DNA from: an uncultured Pseudomonadota bacterium
GTDB taxonomy: Bacteria > Pseudomonadota > Gammaproteobacteria > Natronospirales > REEB76
Assembly: GCA_963774895.1 (NCBI GenBank)
Contig: CAVZGN010000001.1
Coordinates: 292,495 to 356,494 of the forward strand
Reading direction: 5' to 3'
DNA: 64,000 nt
The notes under the pieces are model-generated. The model was given only the letters and a program-made list of their open reading frames with translations, was not told the DNA's origin and ran no database searches. Positions within the stretch are counted from its first letter, which is position 1. The number at the start of each line of letters is the position of its first letter. Positions 38,301 through 47,737 of the stretch are shown piece by piece. The translations under genes and the position numbers were made by a program.

Positions 38301-40184
38301 AAAACTGGTCCTGACCTTATCGATATCCAGCGAGCCGGCGTAGATCAGCTCGAAGTCCTGGATCCACACGATGGATTCGTCCGGCAACACCATCTTGTAG
38401 GGGCGTTCGCCCATGACGCGCACACCCATGTTTTCCAGCATGGGCAATGCATCGGAGATGGAGATTTCCTGTTCACGGTGGAAGATATTGAAGCGCAGGT
38501 AGCCTTCGGGCGCGTGTTTGGGACGGTACAGGCTCATGCGCAAGTTGTCCTCGCCGACCAGTCCATCCATCTGTTCGATGTCGAAGGCTGCGGCTTTTGC
38601 CTTTATATCCTCCTGGTAAGCGACTGGAAACTGGTTACCGTAGCGGCTGAAATATTTCAATCCCTGTTCTTCGCCAAACCGCTCTATCAGCACCATGCGT
38701 AACTCGTCTGACCAGGAACGTATTACCAGGGCAATTTCCTGCTCTAGAGCGCTACAGTTGTATTCCGGCAGTTTCCACGGGGTCGTGCGTATGATGATAT
38801 GCACGCGCGCCAGTGCCGATTCGGACAGATGCACTTCACGCTCGACGCTCTTGCCGTTGAGCGCCTTGAACAGGATGTTTTCTATCTTGGCGCGCACCTG
38901 GCTGTTGTAGCGATCGCGTGGTATGTACGCGAGGCAGGAGAAGAAACGCCCGAAACTGTCACGGCGGATGAAAAGTTTCACCCGCTGGCGCTCCTGCAGA
39001 TGCACCACGCCCATGGCGGTTGCCAGAAGTTCCTCGACTGTGCTTTGCAGCAGTTCATCGCGTGGAAATGTCTCCAGGATATGCAACAAAGCCTTGAGGT
39101 CATGGCTGCCTGAAGGCAGACCTGAGCGGCGTATCACCTCGGCGACTTTCTTGCGCAATAACGGAATGTCACGCGGACTGCGGCTATAGGCGGTGGAGGT
39201 GAACAGCCCCAGGAAGCGCCATTCACCATTGACCTTGCCATCCTTGCCGTAACGCTTTATTCCGACGTAATCCAGATACCCGGGACGGTGCACGGTCGCG
39301 ACCGAGTTCGCCTTGGTGATGATCATGAATTCCCGGGCGCGCGCGCGTTTGCGCACGTCCTGGGGCAGCACCAGGAAACTGGAAGAGATTCTTGCGCCGC
39401 TGTCACGCAGGATACCGAGACCGGATTGTGGCACGATCCTGAGCAGGTCCTCGCCTTTCTCATCCACCAGGTCGTATTCGCGGTACCCCAGGAAAGTGAA
39501 ATGGTCATTGGCCAGCCATTCCAGGAAGCGCTGGCCTTCGTCAATCTCATCGTCGCCGAGGATCGGGCGATATTGGTCCACGGCGGCACACACTTCACCG
39601 ACTTTCTCACGCATCGTGTGCCAGTCATCCACAGTGGCGCGTACGTCGCGCATAACCGAGCGCAGTTCGTCTTCCAGACTCTTGAGTTTGACAGGATCGC
39701 TCTGGTGATCCACCTCGAAATGTATCCAGGATTCCACCAACCCGCTTTGATGCTGTTCTTGGTCAGAATCCAGCCGCACGATGGCATCTTGTTTGTCGCG
39801 CAAAAGGTAGAGGATGGGATGCACGGTCAGGTGTACGCCGATCCCGTGGCGCGTCAGCGTCATGATGGTGGAGTCCACCAGGAACGGCATATCACCGTTT
39901 ACCATCTCGATGATGGTATGCAAACTCTTATAGCCATCTTTTTTGGGATCAGGGTTGAATACCCTGACCAGGGTTTCGCCGGCAGGCCGTCTCAGGCCGA
40001 ACTTCCAGTGGCCGAGGGCCGCGTAATACAGGTATTGCGGCGTGCATTCCATTAGATCTTCCGCGGCGATATCGTCGTAATATTGCCGCAGGAAATTTTC
40101 GAATATCAGTGTGGCGTCTTGTTTCTTGGCGAGGGCAACAATCTTTTCGAGATGAGATTCCCGGGATTCGGATTTGCGTTGCAT
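35364..40184 (-). CDS. gdhB: Large NAD-specific glutamate dehydrogenase
   Basis: 1606 aa with motifs [48 protein letters not shown] and [15 protein letters not shown]. Confidence 0.96.
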   Translation of the reverse strand: [1606 protein letters not shown]

Positions 40185-40329
40185 GGTGGCGCGGGCTTTG
40201 CGAAATTTTGCGGTTTTGACTCTGTGTATTTTAGCGCTTTTTCTTTTGCAGTGGCTTTACAGTATCGGGTGTTTTAAAGTTAACGGTGGTCGAAGCCGCC
40301 GTAGTTAGCCACCGCGAGTCGCTTAGCGT

Positions 40330-41577
40330 CTAATGGGCTTTTTGCAGATCGCTGATCACTGCTGCCAGCCAGCGGCAGGCGGTGCCGCCGGTGATACAAC
40401 GATGGTCGAAAGTGATGGAGAGCGGGACGCGTTTGTGCACCTCGACGCCACCCAGCACTGGTACCACATCGTGGCGCAGTCCACCGGTGCCGAGAATGGC
40501 GACCTGCGGCGGCACCACCACCGGTGTGGCATAACGTCCAGCCATCATGCCGAAATTGGACAGGGTGATAGTGGCATCCTTCATGTCTGCGGGTACCACC
40601 GTACGGTTGCGCGTGGTCTCTTTGATGCGGTTGAGATCAGCGCGCAGTTGTTGGGCGTGCTTGCGGCCCGCATCCCGTAGTACCGGTACGATCAGTCCAT
40701 CCGGTGTATCCACCGCCATGGCCACATCCACGCGTTCATGCAGGGTGCGTTCCATCTTCTCGCCGTCGTACCAGGCATTGAGCTCCGGCTCGGCGCGGCA
40801 GCCGGCCACGATGGCACGCAGGATACGCACCGTGATGTCCTGACCCGGCGCCCAGTTATGGATGTCGGCGTCATCGAACAGCGTGCACTCCATGACTTCG
40901 TTGCGAGCCCGCGTCATGCTGGCATGCATGGCGCGGCGCGGGCCGCGCAACGGCTCGGCCAGACCATATTTGAAGTCGGTGCGAGCGGGCGGCAGATCCC
41001 AACGGGTTGTAGAAGCGTGAGCCGCAGGCGCGGGTGTTTGTCCGGCCGATGAGCGACGCACATCGTCTGCGCTGATCGTGTCATTCTTACCGGTGGCCCG
41101 GCAGGTGGCAAGGTCCACGCCCAGCTGCTTGGCGAGGATGCGTACCGAGGGCAGGGCCTTCACATGTACCGGCCCCTGTTTCTGTTTCTTGCGGATGATG
41201 GCGGTCTCGGCCACCAACTCGTTGCCGGTGGGCATGTTGCCCACCACCGTGCCGCTGTCCTCCGCGATGGGTTGAGATTTCGGTTGCGCAGGCGCGACCG
41301 GCGTTACTTTCGCCGTGGATTTCGCTGCCGGCGCATTACCGCCTTCAATATCGAATTCCACCAATGCGGCGTGCGTGGGGATGATGTCACCGGCTTTGCC
41401 GTGTAGCTTCAGGATCTTTCCGGCCCAGGGCGACGGTACGTCCACCACCGCTTTGGCGGTCTCCACCGACAGCAGCGGCTGGTCCACCTTGACCACATCG
41501 CCTTCCTGCACGTGCCAGTTGACGATCTCCGCTTCCTGCAGACCCTCGCCTAGATCCGGGAGATTAAACGTTTTCAT
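40330..41577 (-). CDS. 2-oxo-acid dehydrogenase E2 (dihydrolipoamide acyltransferase)
   Basis: Lipoyl domain LPDLGEG...VETAKA, peripheral-subunit-binding segment and catalytic FDHR. Confidence 0.92.
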   Translation of the reverse strand: MKTFNLPDLGEGLQEAEIVNWHVQEGDVVKVDQPLLSVETAKAVVDVPSPWAGKILKLHGKAGDIIPTHAALVEFDIEGGNAPAAKSTAKVTPVAPAQPKSQPIAEDSGTVVGNMPTGNELVAETAIIRKKQKQGPVHVKALPSVRILAKQLGVDLATCRATGKNDTISADDVRRSSAGQTPAPAAHASTTRWDLPPARTDFKYGLAEPLRGPRRAMHASMTRARNEVMECTLFDDADIHNWAPGQDITVRILRAIVAGCRAEPELNAWYDGEKMERTLHERVDVAMAVDTPDGLIVPVLRDAGRKHAQQLRADLNRIKETTRNRTVVPADMKDATITLSNFGMMAGRYATPVVVPPQVAILGTGGLRHDVVPVLGGVEVHKRVPLSITFDHRCITGGTACRWLAAVISDLQKAH

Positions 41578-41578
41578 G

Positions 41579-42556
41579 TCAGGCCTCCAACACTTTACTG
41601 ATCCCCCGCATAATCCGCTCCACGCTCGGCATGTAGTCGTGCTCCAGCTTGAACAGCGGCATGGGGATGTCATAACCGGTGACGCGTTCGATGGGCGCTT
41701 TGAGTGCGTAGATGGCTTTCTCGGCCACCGTGGCTGCAACTTCAGCGCCCACTCCGCAATTCCTCGGCGCTTCGTGGATGATCACCAGCCGTCCGGTTTT
41801 CTCCACCGATTCCAGGATAGTTTCGAAATCGATGGGACTGATGGTGGCCAGATCGATGACTTCGCAAGCCACGCCTTGTTCTGAGAACTTAGCGGCCGCT
41901 TGCAGGGTCTCGTGGATCATGGCGCCCCAGGACACTAAAGTCACATCGCCACCTTCGCGCAGTACGAAACAGGTATCCAGCGGCAGGGCTTCGCCGTTGT
42001 CCTCGACCTCCTGTTTGTTCATGCGATACAGTCGCGTGGGTTCCAGGAACACCACCGGATCCGGATCGCGGATGGATGCCAGCAGCAGCCCATAGGCGCG
42101 CGCAGGGGAGGATGGCATGACGGTGCGGATGCCGGGCATGTGCGCGAATAGGGCTTCGTTGCTTTCGGAATGATGCTCGGGCGCGTGGATGCCGCCGCCG
42201 GAAGGTGCGCGCAGCACCATCGGCACATGCAGGCGTCCGCGGGTGCGGGTACGCAGTCGGCCTGCGTGATTGATCATCTGGTCCACGGCGGGATAGATAA
42301 AGCCCGAGAACTGGATTTCCGCCACCGGTTTCATGCCCATGGCCGCCATGCCGATGGACATGCCGGCGATCAGCGCTTCCGCCAACGGCGTGTCCATGAC
42401 GCGCTGTTTGCCAAAGCGCTGCTGCAGGCCGCTGGTGGCACGGAACACGCCGCCATTCACGCCCACATCCTCACCGAGTACCACCACGGCGGGATCGTGT
42501 GCCAGCTCATAGGCCAGCGCCTGGGTGATGGCTTCCACCATCGCGACCTTAGCCAT
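41579..42556 (-). CDS. 2-oxo-acid dehydrogenase E1 beta subunit
   Basis: Motifs GEDVGVNGGVFRAT, DTPLAE, AEIQF and APEHHSES. Confidence 0.93.
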   Translation of the reverse strand: MAKVAMVEAITQALAYELAHDPAVVVLGEDVGVNGGVFRATSGLQQRFGKQRVMDTPLAEALIAGMSIGMAAMGMKPVAEIQFSGFIYPAVDQMINHAGRLRTRTRGRLHVPMVLRAPSGGGIHAPEHHSESNEALFAHMPGIRTVMPSSPARAYGLLLASIRDPDPVVFLEPTRLYRMNKQEVEDNGEALPLDTCFVLREGGDVTLVSWGAMIHETLQAAAKFSEQGVACEVIDLATISPIDFETILESVEKTGRLVIIHEAPRNCGVGAEVAATVAEKAIYALKAPIERVTGYDIPMPLFKLEHDYMPSVERIMRGISKVLEA

Positions 42557-43628
42557 GCTGCTGGCCATCCGCGACCGCTGCGTCCCGCTGGGCCACGAGA
42601 TTCTCCGGGAGATTCGCGAACATGTGATCGAACATGCTTGCGATCGGCGGATTACCGCCATCTTTATATAGCTTCACTTCCGCATCCATCTGGGCGGTAC
42701 ATTCCGCCAGCAACTTGTCTTCCTGCTTCTGGTCCCACACACCGATGTCCATCAGATATTTGCGGAAGCGGATCAGGGGTTCTTTCTTTTTGGCATCTTC
42801 CACTTCATCCTTGCCGCGATAGCGAGTGGCGTCATCAGCGGTGGTGTGGTCGCTGATGCGGTAGGTGAGGGCTTCGATCAACGTCGGACCTTTACCGGAG
42901 CGCGCCTTATGCAGGGCGTATTCCATGATGTCGCGCACTGCGATGATGTCGTTGCCATCCACCTGGATGCCCTCGAAACCGCCGGCGACGGCTTTCTGCG
43001 CCAGGGTCTCGCAGGCGGTCTGCGCAGACAGTGGCACCGAAATCGCCCACCGGTTGTTGGATACCACGAACACCACCGGCAGCTGATAAGCGCCGGCGGC
43101 GTTCAGGGATTCGTAAAAATCACCCTGGGAAGTGCCGCCATCGCCGATGACGGAAACCGCCACGCGCTTTTCGCCGCGCAGCTTGAAGGCCAGGGCCGCG
43201 CCGGCGGCGTGATGGAACTGGGTGGCGATGGGTACGGCCCAGGCGAAGTCATGCGCCGGGCCGGAGAAATCGTTGCCGCGTTCGTCGCCGCCCCAGAACA
43301 GCAGCACATTGTGGGGTTTTACGCCGCGCCAGAACTGCGTGCCGTATTCACGGTACATGGGAAAGAACACGTCCTCCGGCCGCATGGCGGCGCCGATGCC
43401 CACATGTGTGGCTTCGTGGCCGAGGCAGGAGGCGTAGGTACCGAGCTGGCCAGTGCGCTGCAGGGCGATGGACTTGGTGTCGAACACCCGCACGAACGAC
43501 ATCATGCGGTACATCTTGAGGAGGTCGTCGTGGTTCTCGGCGAACTTGGGCAGCTTCTTCTGGGTGAGTTTGCCTTCGGGATCCAGATATTGCTGATACT
43601 TGATATCGAAGCTCGCGACGGTCTTCAA
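42549..43628 (-). CDS. 2-oxo-acid dehydrogenase E1 alpha subunit (probably branched-chain type)
   Basis: ThDP motif GDGGTS...NNRWAISVP, plus LQRTG and HTTADDATRYR. Confidence 0.92.
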   Translation of the reverse strand: MKTVASFDIKYQQYLDPEGKLTQKKLPKFAENHDDLLKMYRMMSFVRVFDTKSIALQRTGQLGTYASCLGHEATHVGIGAAMRPEDVFFPMYREYGTQFWRGVKPHNVLLFWGGDERGNDFSGPAHDFAWAVPIATQFHHAAGAALAFKLRGEKRVAVSVIGDGGTSQGDFYESLNAAGAYQLPVVFVVSNNRWAISVPLSAQTACETLAQKAVAGGFEGIQVDGNDIIAVRDIMEYALHKARSGKGPTLIEALTYRISDHTTADDATRYRGKDEVEDAKKKEPLIRFRKYLMDIGVWDQKQEDKLLAECTAQMDAEVKLYKDGGNPPIASMFDHMFANLPENLVAQRDAAVADGQQHG

Positions 43629-43800
43629 ACTACATCCTCCTCAAGAGCGGGAAGAAACGGGCGGAAAAGCGGAAAAACCATTGGAAACCCTGGCATCGGC
43701 AGGTCCGGCATTATACAGGAGCCCCCCGCAGGCCGCCTTGACCTGACTGCCGCCAGCTCTCGGCTAGAATGGACCTCGTATTCCTCAATCCGGAACCGCC

Positions 43801-44655
43801 ATGACCGCCAACAAACGCGAACTGGAGCAGGGTATCCAGACCGACCTCAGGGGGCGGCTCACCTATGCGGGCTACCTGTGCCTCGACCAGGTGCTCAGTG
43901 CCCAGAAACCCCTGAGCAAACCCCTGCACCACGACGAGATGCTGTTCATCATCCAGCACCAGACTTCGGAGCTTTGGATCAAGCTCATGTTGCATGAACT
44001 GGAAGCTGCCATCCGTCATATCCAGCGCGACCAGCTGGAGCCGTGCTTCAAGATCCTGGCGCGCGTGAAGCAAATCCAGATGCAGCTGTTTAATCAGTGG
44101 TCGGTATTGGAAACGCTGACACCCTCGGAATATTCCCAATTCCGCCACCTGCTGGGAACTGCTTCCGGTTTCCAGTCGGTCCAGTATCGGGCGCTGGAAT
44201 TCGTGCTGGGCAACAAGTCCGCGGAGATCATGAAGGTATACGAATATGATCCGCAGGCGCATGCGTATCTTGACAGCCTGCTACGCCGCCCAAGCCTGTA
44301 CGACGAGTTCCTGCGTTATCTTTCACGCCGTGGCTTGCCTGTGCCCAAGGAAAAGATCGAGCGCGACTGGTCGGAAGCTTACGAGCGCCATGCCGGCGTG
44401 ATAGCAGTCTTCAAGACTGTCTACGAGAACACGGCAAAATGGTGGGATGCCTATGAGATGTGCGAGAAGCTCGTGGATGTGGAGGAGTACTTCCAGCTCT
44501 GGCGCTTCCGCCACATGAAGACCGTAGAACGCATCATCGGCCACAAACAGGGCACCGGCGGTTCTTCGGGCGTGGCTTTCCTCCGAAAAGCCCTGGATCT
44601 GACCTTCTTTCCGGAATTGATCGACGTGCGCACCGTGATCGGTGTCGTTAAATAA
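43801..44655 (+). CDS. kynA: Tryptophan 2,3-dioxygenase
   Basis: Motifs [29 protein letters not shown] and GTGGSSG. Confidence 0.96.
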   Translation: MTANKRELEQGIQTDLRGRLTYAGYLCLDQVLSAQKPLSKPLHHDEMLFIIQHQTSELWIKLMLHELEAAIRHIQRDQLEPCFKILARVKQIQMQLFNQWSVLETLTPSEYSQFRHLLGTASGFQSVQYRALEFVLGNKSAEIMKVYEYDPQAHAYLDSLLRRPSLYDEFLRYLSRRGLPVPKEKIERDWSEAYERHAGVIAVFKTVYENTAKWWDAYEMCEKLVDVEEYFQLWRFRHMKTVERIIGHKQGTGGSSGVAFLRKALDLTFFPELIDVRTVIGVVK

Positions 44656-44770
44656 GACATGCCTGACACTTTGGGCTGCAATCAGGGCGGGCTGTATAAT
44701 CAGTATTTCTGAAATCGATGCAGCACAGGCCGGGTTCAGTAGCCCAGCCGCGGCACCAGGAGGACAGACC

Positions 44771-45859
44771 ATGAACGCACAGTCCAATGTCGGCATAAAA
44801 CCGATACAGTTCGACAACCCCATGGGGGTGGACGGTTTTGAATTCGTGGAATTCGCCGCCCCGGAAGCCCGTCTGCTGCACGAGTTGTTTCCCCGTCTCG
44901 GCTTCAGTGCGGTGGCGCGCCATAAACGCCGCAAGATTACTCTGTACCGCCAGGGCGACTGCAACTTCCTGGTGAACGAGCAACCCGATTCTTTCGCCGC
45001 CGATTTCGCTGCCTCGCACGGACCTTGCGCCTGTGGCTTCGCCATCCGCTTCAGCAAGCCGGCTGAGTCGGTGCGCAAGCAGGCCATAGGCAAGGGTGCG
45101 GAGCCGATCACCAACAAGGAATCCACCAAGGCCGTGGATGTCCCGGTCATCAAGGGCATCGGCGGCAGCATGCTGTATCTGGTGGATCGCTACGGTTCCA
45201 AAGGCGAAGTGTACGCTTCCGACTATGAATATCTGCCCGGTGTGGACCGGCATCCCAAGGGTTTCGGCCTGACGTTCCTGGATCATCTCACGCACAACTT
45301 GTATTTCGGCAACATGGAAAAGTTCGCCGATTTCTATCACAAACTGTTCAACTTCCGCGAGATCCGCTATTTCGATATCAAAGGCGCCAAAACTGGCCTG
45401 GTCTCGAAAGCCATGACCGCGCCGGACGGCATGGTGCGCATCCCTCTCAATGAGTCGTCCGATAAGAAAAGCCAGATCAACGAATACCTGGACGAATACC
45501 AGGGCGAGGGTATCCAGCATATCGCGCTGTTTACCAATGACATCTACGTGACCGTGGAATCCATGCGTGCCGCGAACATGAAATTTCTGGATACGCCAGA
45601 TGCTTACTTCGAAATGATCGATGAGCGCGTGCCCAACCACGGTGAGGACGTGCCACGGCTGGCCAAGAACAAGATATTGATCGACGCGGACCGGGAGACC
45701 AAGAAAAAATTATTGTTGCAGATCTTCACGGAGAATTGCATCGGCCCGGTGTTCTTCGAGATCATCCAGCGCAAGGGCAATGAGGGCTTCGGTGAAGGCA
45801 ATTTCCAGGCACTGTTCGAATCCATCGAACGTGATCAGATGAAGCGCGGGGTGCTGTAA
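44771..45859 (+). CDS. hppD: 4-hydroxyphenylpyruvate dioxygenase
   Basis: AGGAGG RBS before the ATG at 44771. Motifs DHLTHN, GEGIQHIA and FFEIIQRKGNEGFGEGNF. Confidence 0.96.
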   Translation: MNAQSNVGIKPIQFDNPMGVDGFEFVEFAAPEARLLHELFPRLGFSAVARHKRRKITLYRQGDCNFLVNEQPDSFAADFAASHGPCACGFAIRFSKPAESVRKQAIGKGAEPITNKESTKAVDVPVIKGIGGSMLYLVDRYGSKGEVYASDYEYLPGVDRHPKGFGLTFLDHLTHNLYFGNMEKFADFYHKLFNFREIRYFDIKGAKTGLVSKAMTAPDGMVRIPLNESSDKKSQINEYLDEYQGEGIQHIALFTNDIYVTVESMRAANMKFLDTPDAYFEMIDERVPNHGEDVPRLAKNKILIDADRETKKKLLLQIFTENCIGPVFFEIIQRKGNEGFGEGNFQALFESIERDQMKRGVL

Positions 45860-45892
45860 ATAATTATGACGGCGTTTGCCGTCACTCCTTAT

Positions 45893-45929
45893 CCCCTCGC
45901 CCCTGGTGGGAGAGGGAAGGGTGAGGGGG
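45893..45929 (+). repeat. REP-like palindromic repeat (CCCTCTCCC/GGGAGAGGG-GGGTGAGGGG family)
   Basis: CCCCTCGCCCCTGGTGGGAGAGGGAAGGGTGAGGGGG, the same family as 48886-48924 and 48980-49015. Confidence 0.75.
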
Positions 45930-45945
45930 AAATCAGGAGTTGTTT

Positions 45946-47304
45946 ATGTCCAGGGAGCCGAGCATGATCAAGTCGAGGTCCGACATTGATCCAGCGATAA
46001 AAGTTCATTATCAATCCGGCTTCGGCAATGAATTCGCCACCGAAGCGTTACCCGGCGCCTTGCCGGTCGGGCAGAACTCACCGCAGAAAGTCCCCTATGG
46101 TTTGTACGTCGAGCAGCTTTCCGGCACGGCGTTCACGGCGCCGCGCCACGCCAACCGCCGCAGCTGGCTGTACCGAATCCGTCCCGCGGCCATGCACCGG
46201 CCCTTCGAGATGCTGCCGGACGGACGCTTTCATAACCGCTTCGATGAATTAGCCGCCAACCCGAATCAGCTGCGCTGGAATCCGTTCCCGTTGCCAACGA
46301 AAGCCACGGACTTCGTGGATGGCCTGTTCACCATGGCCGGCAACGGCAGCGCTGCGGCCCAGACAGGCGTCGGCATCTATATCTATGCCGCCAATCGCTC
46401 CATGCAGCAACGCTTTTTCTATAATGCCGACGGTGAACTACTGATCGTTCCGCAGCAGGGCCGCTTGCGCATCGCAACGGAATTGGGTGTGCTGGAGCTC
46501 AAACCACTGGAGATCGGCGTGATACCGAGAGGTATCCGCTTCTGTGTGGAACTATTGGATGATTCTGCGCGCGGCTACATGGCCGAAAACTTCGATGTAC
46601 TCATGAAGCTGCCGGAACTCGGTCCCATCGGTTCCAACTGTCTGGCCAGTGCGCGGGATTTCATCTATCCCGTAGCGGCTTACGAGGATAAAGAAGGCCG
46701 TTTCGAACTACTGGCTAAGTTCCAGGGACGTTTATGGTCGGCGGCGCTGAATCATTCGCCCCTGGACGTAGTGGCCTGGCACGGAAATTATGCCCCGTAC
46801 AAATATGACCTGACGCGCTTCAACACCATTGGCTCTATCAGTTACGACCACCCGGATCCATCGATATTCACGGTACTGACTTCGCCCAGCGATACGCCCG
46901 GCACCGCCAACATGGACTTCGCGATCTTTCCGCCGCGCTGGCTGGTGGCGGAGCACACCTTCCGTCCACCCTGGTACCACCGCAACGTGTCTTCGGAATT
47001 CATGGGGTTGATCACCGGCGTGTATGACGCCAAAGAAGGCGAGAAAGGCGACGGCTTCGTTCCAGGCGGCGCTTCATTGCACAACTGTATGAGTGGCCAC
47101 GGACCGGATGCCGCCAGCTATGAGCAGGCAGTGGCGGCGGACACTTCCAAGCCCCAGCACATCACTGACACTATGGCGTTCATGTTCGAAACCCGCGCCG
47201 TGATCTGCCCCACCAGGCAGGCCATGGAAGCCGAGGAACTGCAGCCGGATTACTGGCAATGCTGGCAAGCGATCAAAAAGCATTTTGATCCAAAGCGCCA
47301 ATAG
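45946..47304 (+). CDS. hmgA: Homogentisate 1,2-dioxygenase
   Basis: Motifs [40 protein letters not shown] and [12 protein letters not shown]. Alternative start at 45964. Confidence 0.96.
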   Translation: MSREPSMIKSRSDIDPAIKVHYQSGFGNEFATEALPGALPVGQNSPQKVPYGLYVEQLSGTAFTAPRHANRRSWLYRIRPAAMHRPFEMLPDGRFHNRFDELAANPNQLRWNPFPLPTKATDFVDGLFTMAGNGSAAAQTGVGIYIYAANRSMQQRFFYNADGELLIVPQQGRLRIATELGVLELKPLEIGVIPRGIRFCVELLDDSARGYMAENFDVLMKLPELGPIGSNCLASARDFIYPVAAYEDKEGRFELLAKFQGRLWSAALNHSPLDVVAWHGNYAPYKYDLTRFNTIGSISYDHPDPSIFTVLTSPSDTPGTANMDFAIFPPRWLVAEHTFRPPWYHRNVSSEFMGLITGVYDAKEGEKGDGFVPGGASLHNCMSGHGPDAASYEQAVAADTSKPQHITDTMAFMFETRAVICPTRQAMEAEELQPDYWQCWQAIKKHFDPKRQ

Positions 47305-47314
47305 TTCTTCGAAT

Positions 47315-47704
47315 ATGAGGCGTTACTTAGATTTCGCACAGCGCATATTCAGGTGCGCAATTTTTCTTGTTTATTGTTTATTATTAGCATGCGCTACACA
47401 TCAGTACACGCTTTTAAATAATTATTCTGGATGGATCAAACTCTCCAAACCACCAATCGAGGCTAAGAATATTTTAGCTGTCGCTGACAGGCGGATACAG
47501 GATCAATACGCTTCTGATAAATATGACTTCGTATAGTTTTCTAGCGGTCAAGATGAATATCTAATTTATTTCCACGATCACTATTGGACAGAATATTATA
47601 ATTATGCAAGTCCACATTGTGGAGACGAGACAGTCATTTTTAAGAAAACGGATAGCAGGTAGGTACAAACCAAGAATGGAAAATCCGTCATTTGCGTAGA
47701 TTGA
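47315..47704 (+). pseudogene. AT-rich lipoprotein-like gene interrupted by two in-frame TAG codons
   Basis: ATG at 47315 and lipobox LLAC. The frame continues past TAG 47534-47536 and TAG 47660-47662 to TGA 47702-47704. Confidence 0.5.
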
Positions 47705-47737
47705 ATAGGCAGAAATAATTCCACACCTGGAGATACA

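Noticed and set aside
42846-43997. Long antisense ORFs (383 aa here; also 44648-45640, 61233-62414, 57308-58135, 51297-52121)
   Set aside because: These are shadows of well-supported genes on the opposite strand in GC-rich DNA and carry no motifs of their own.
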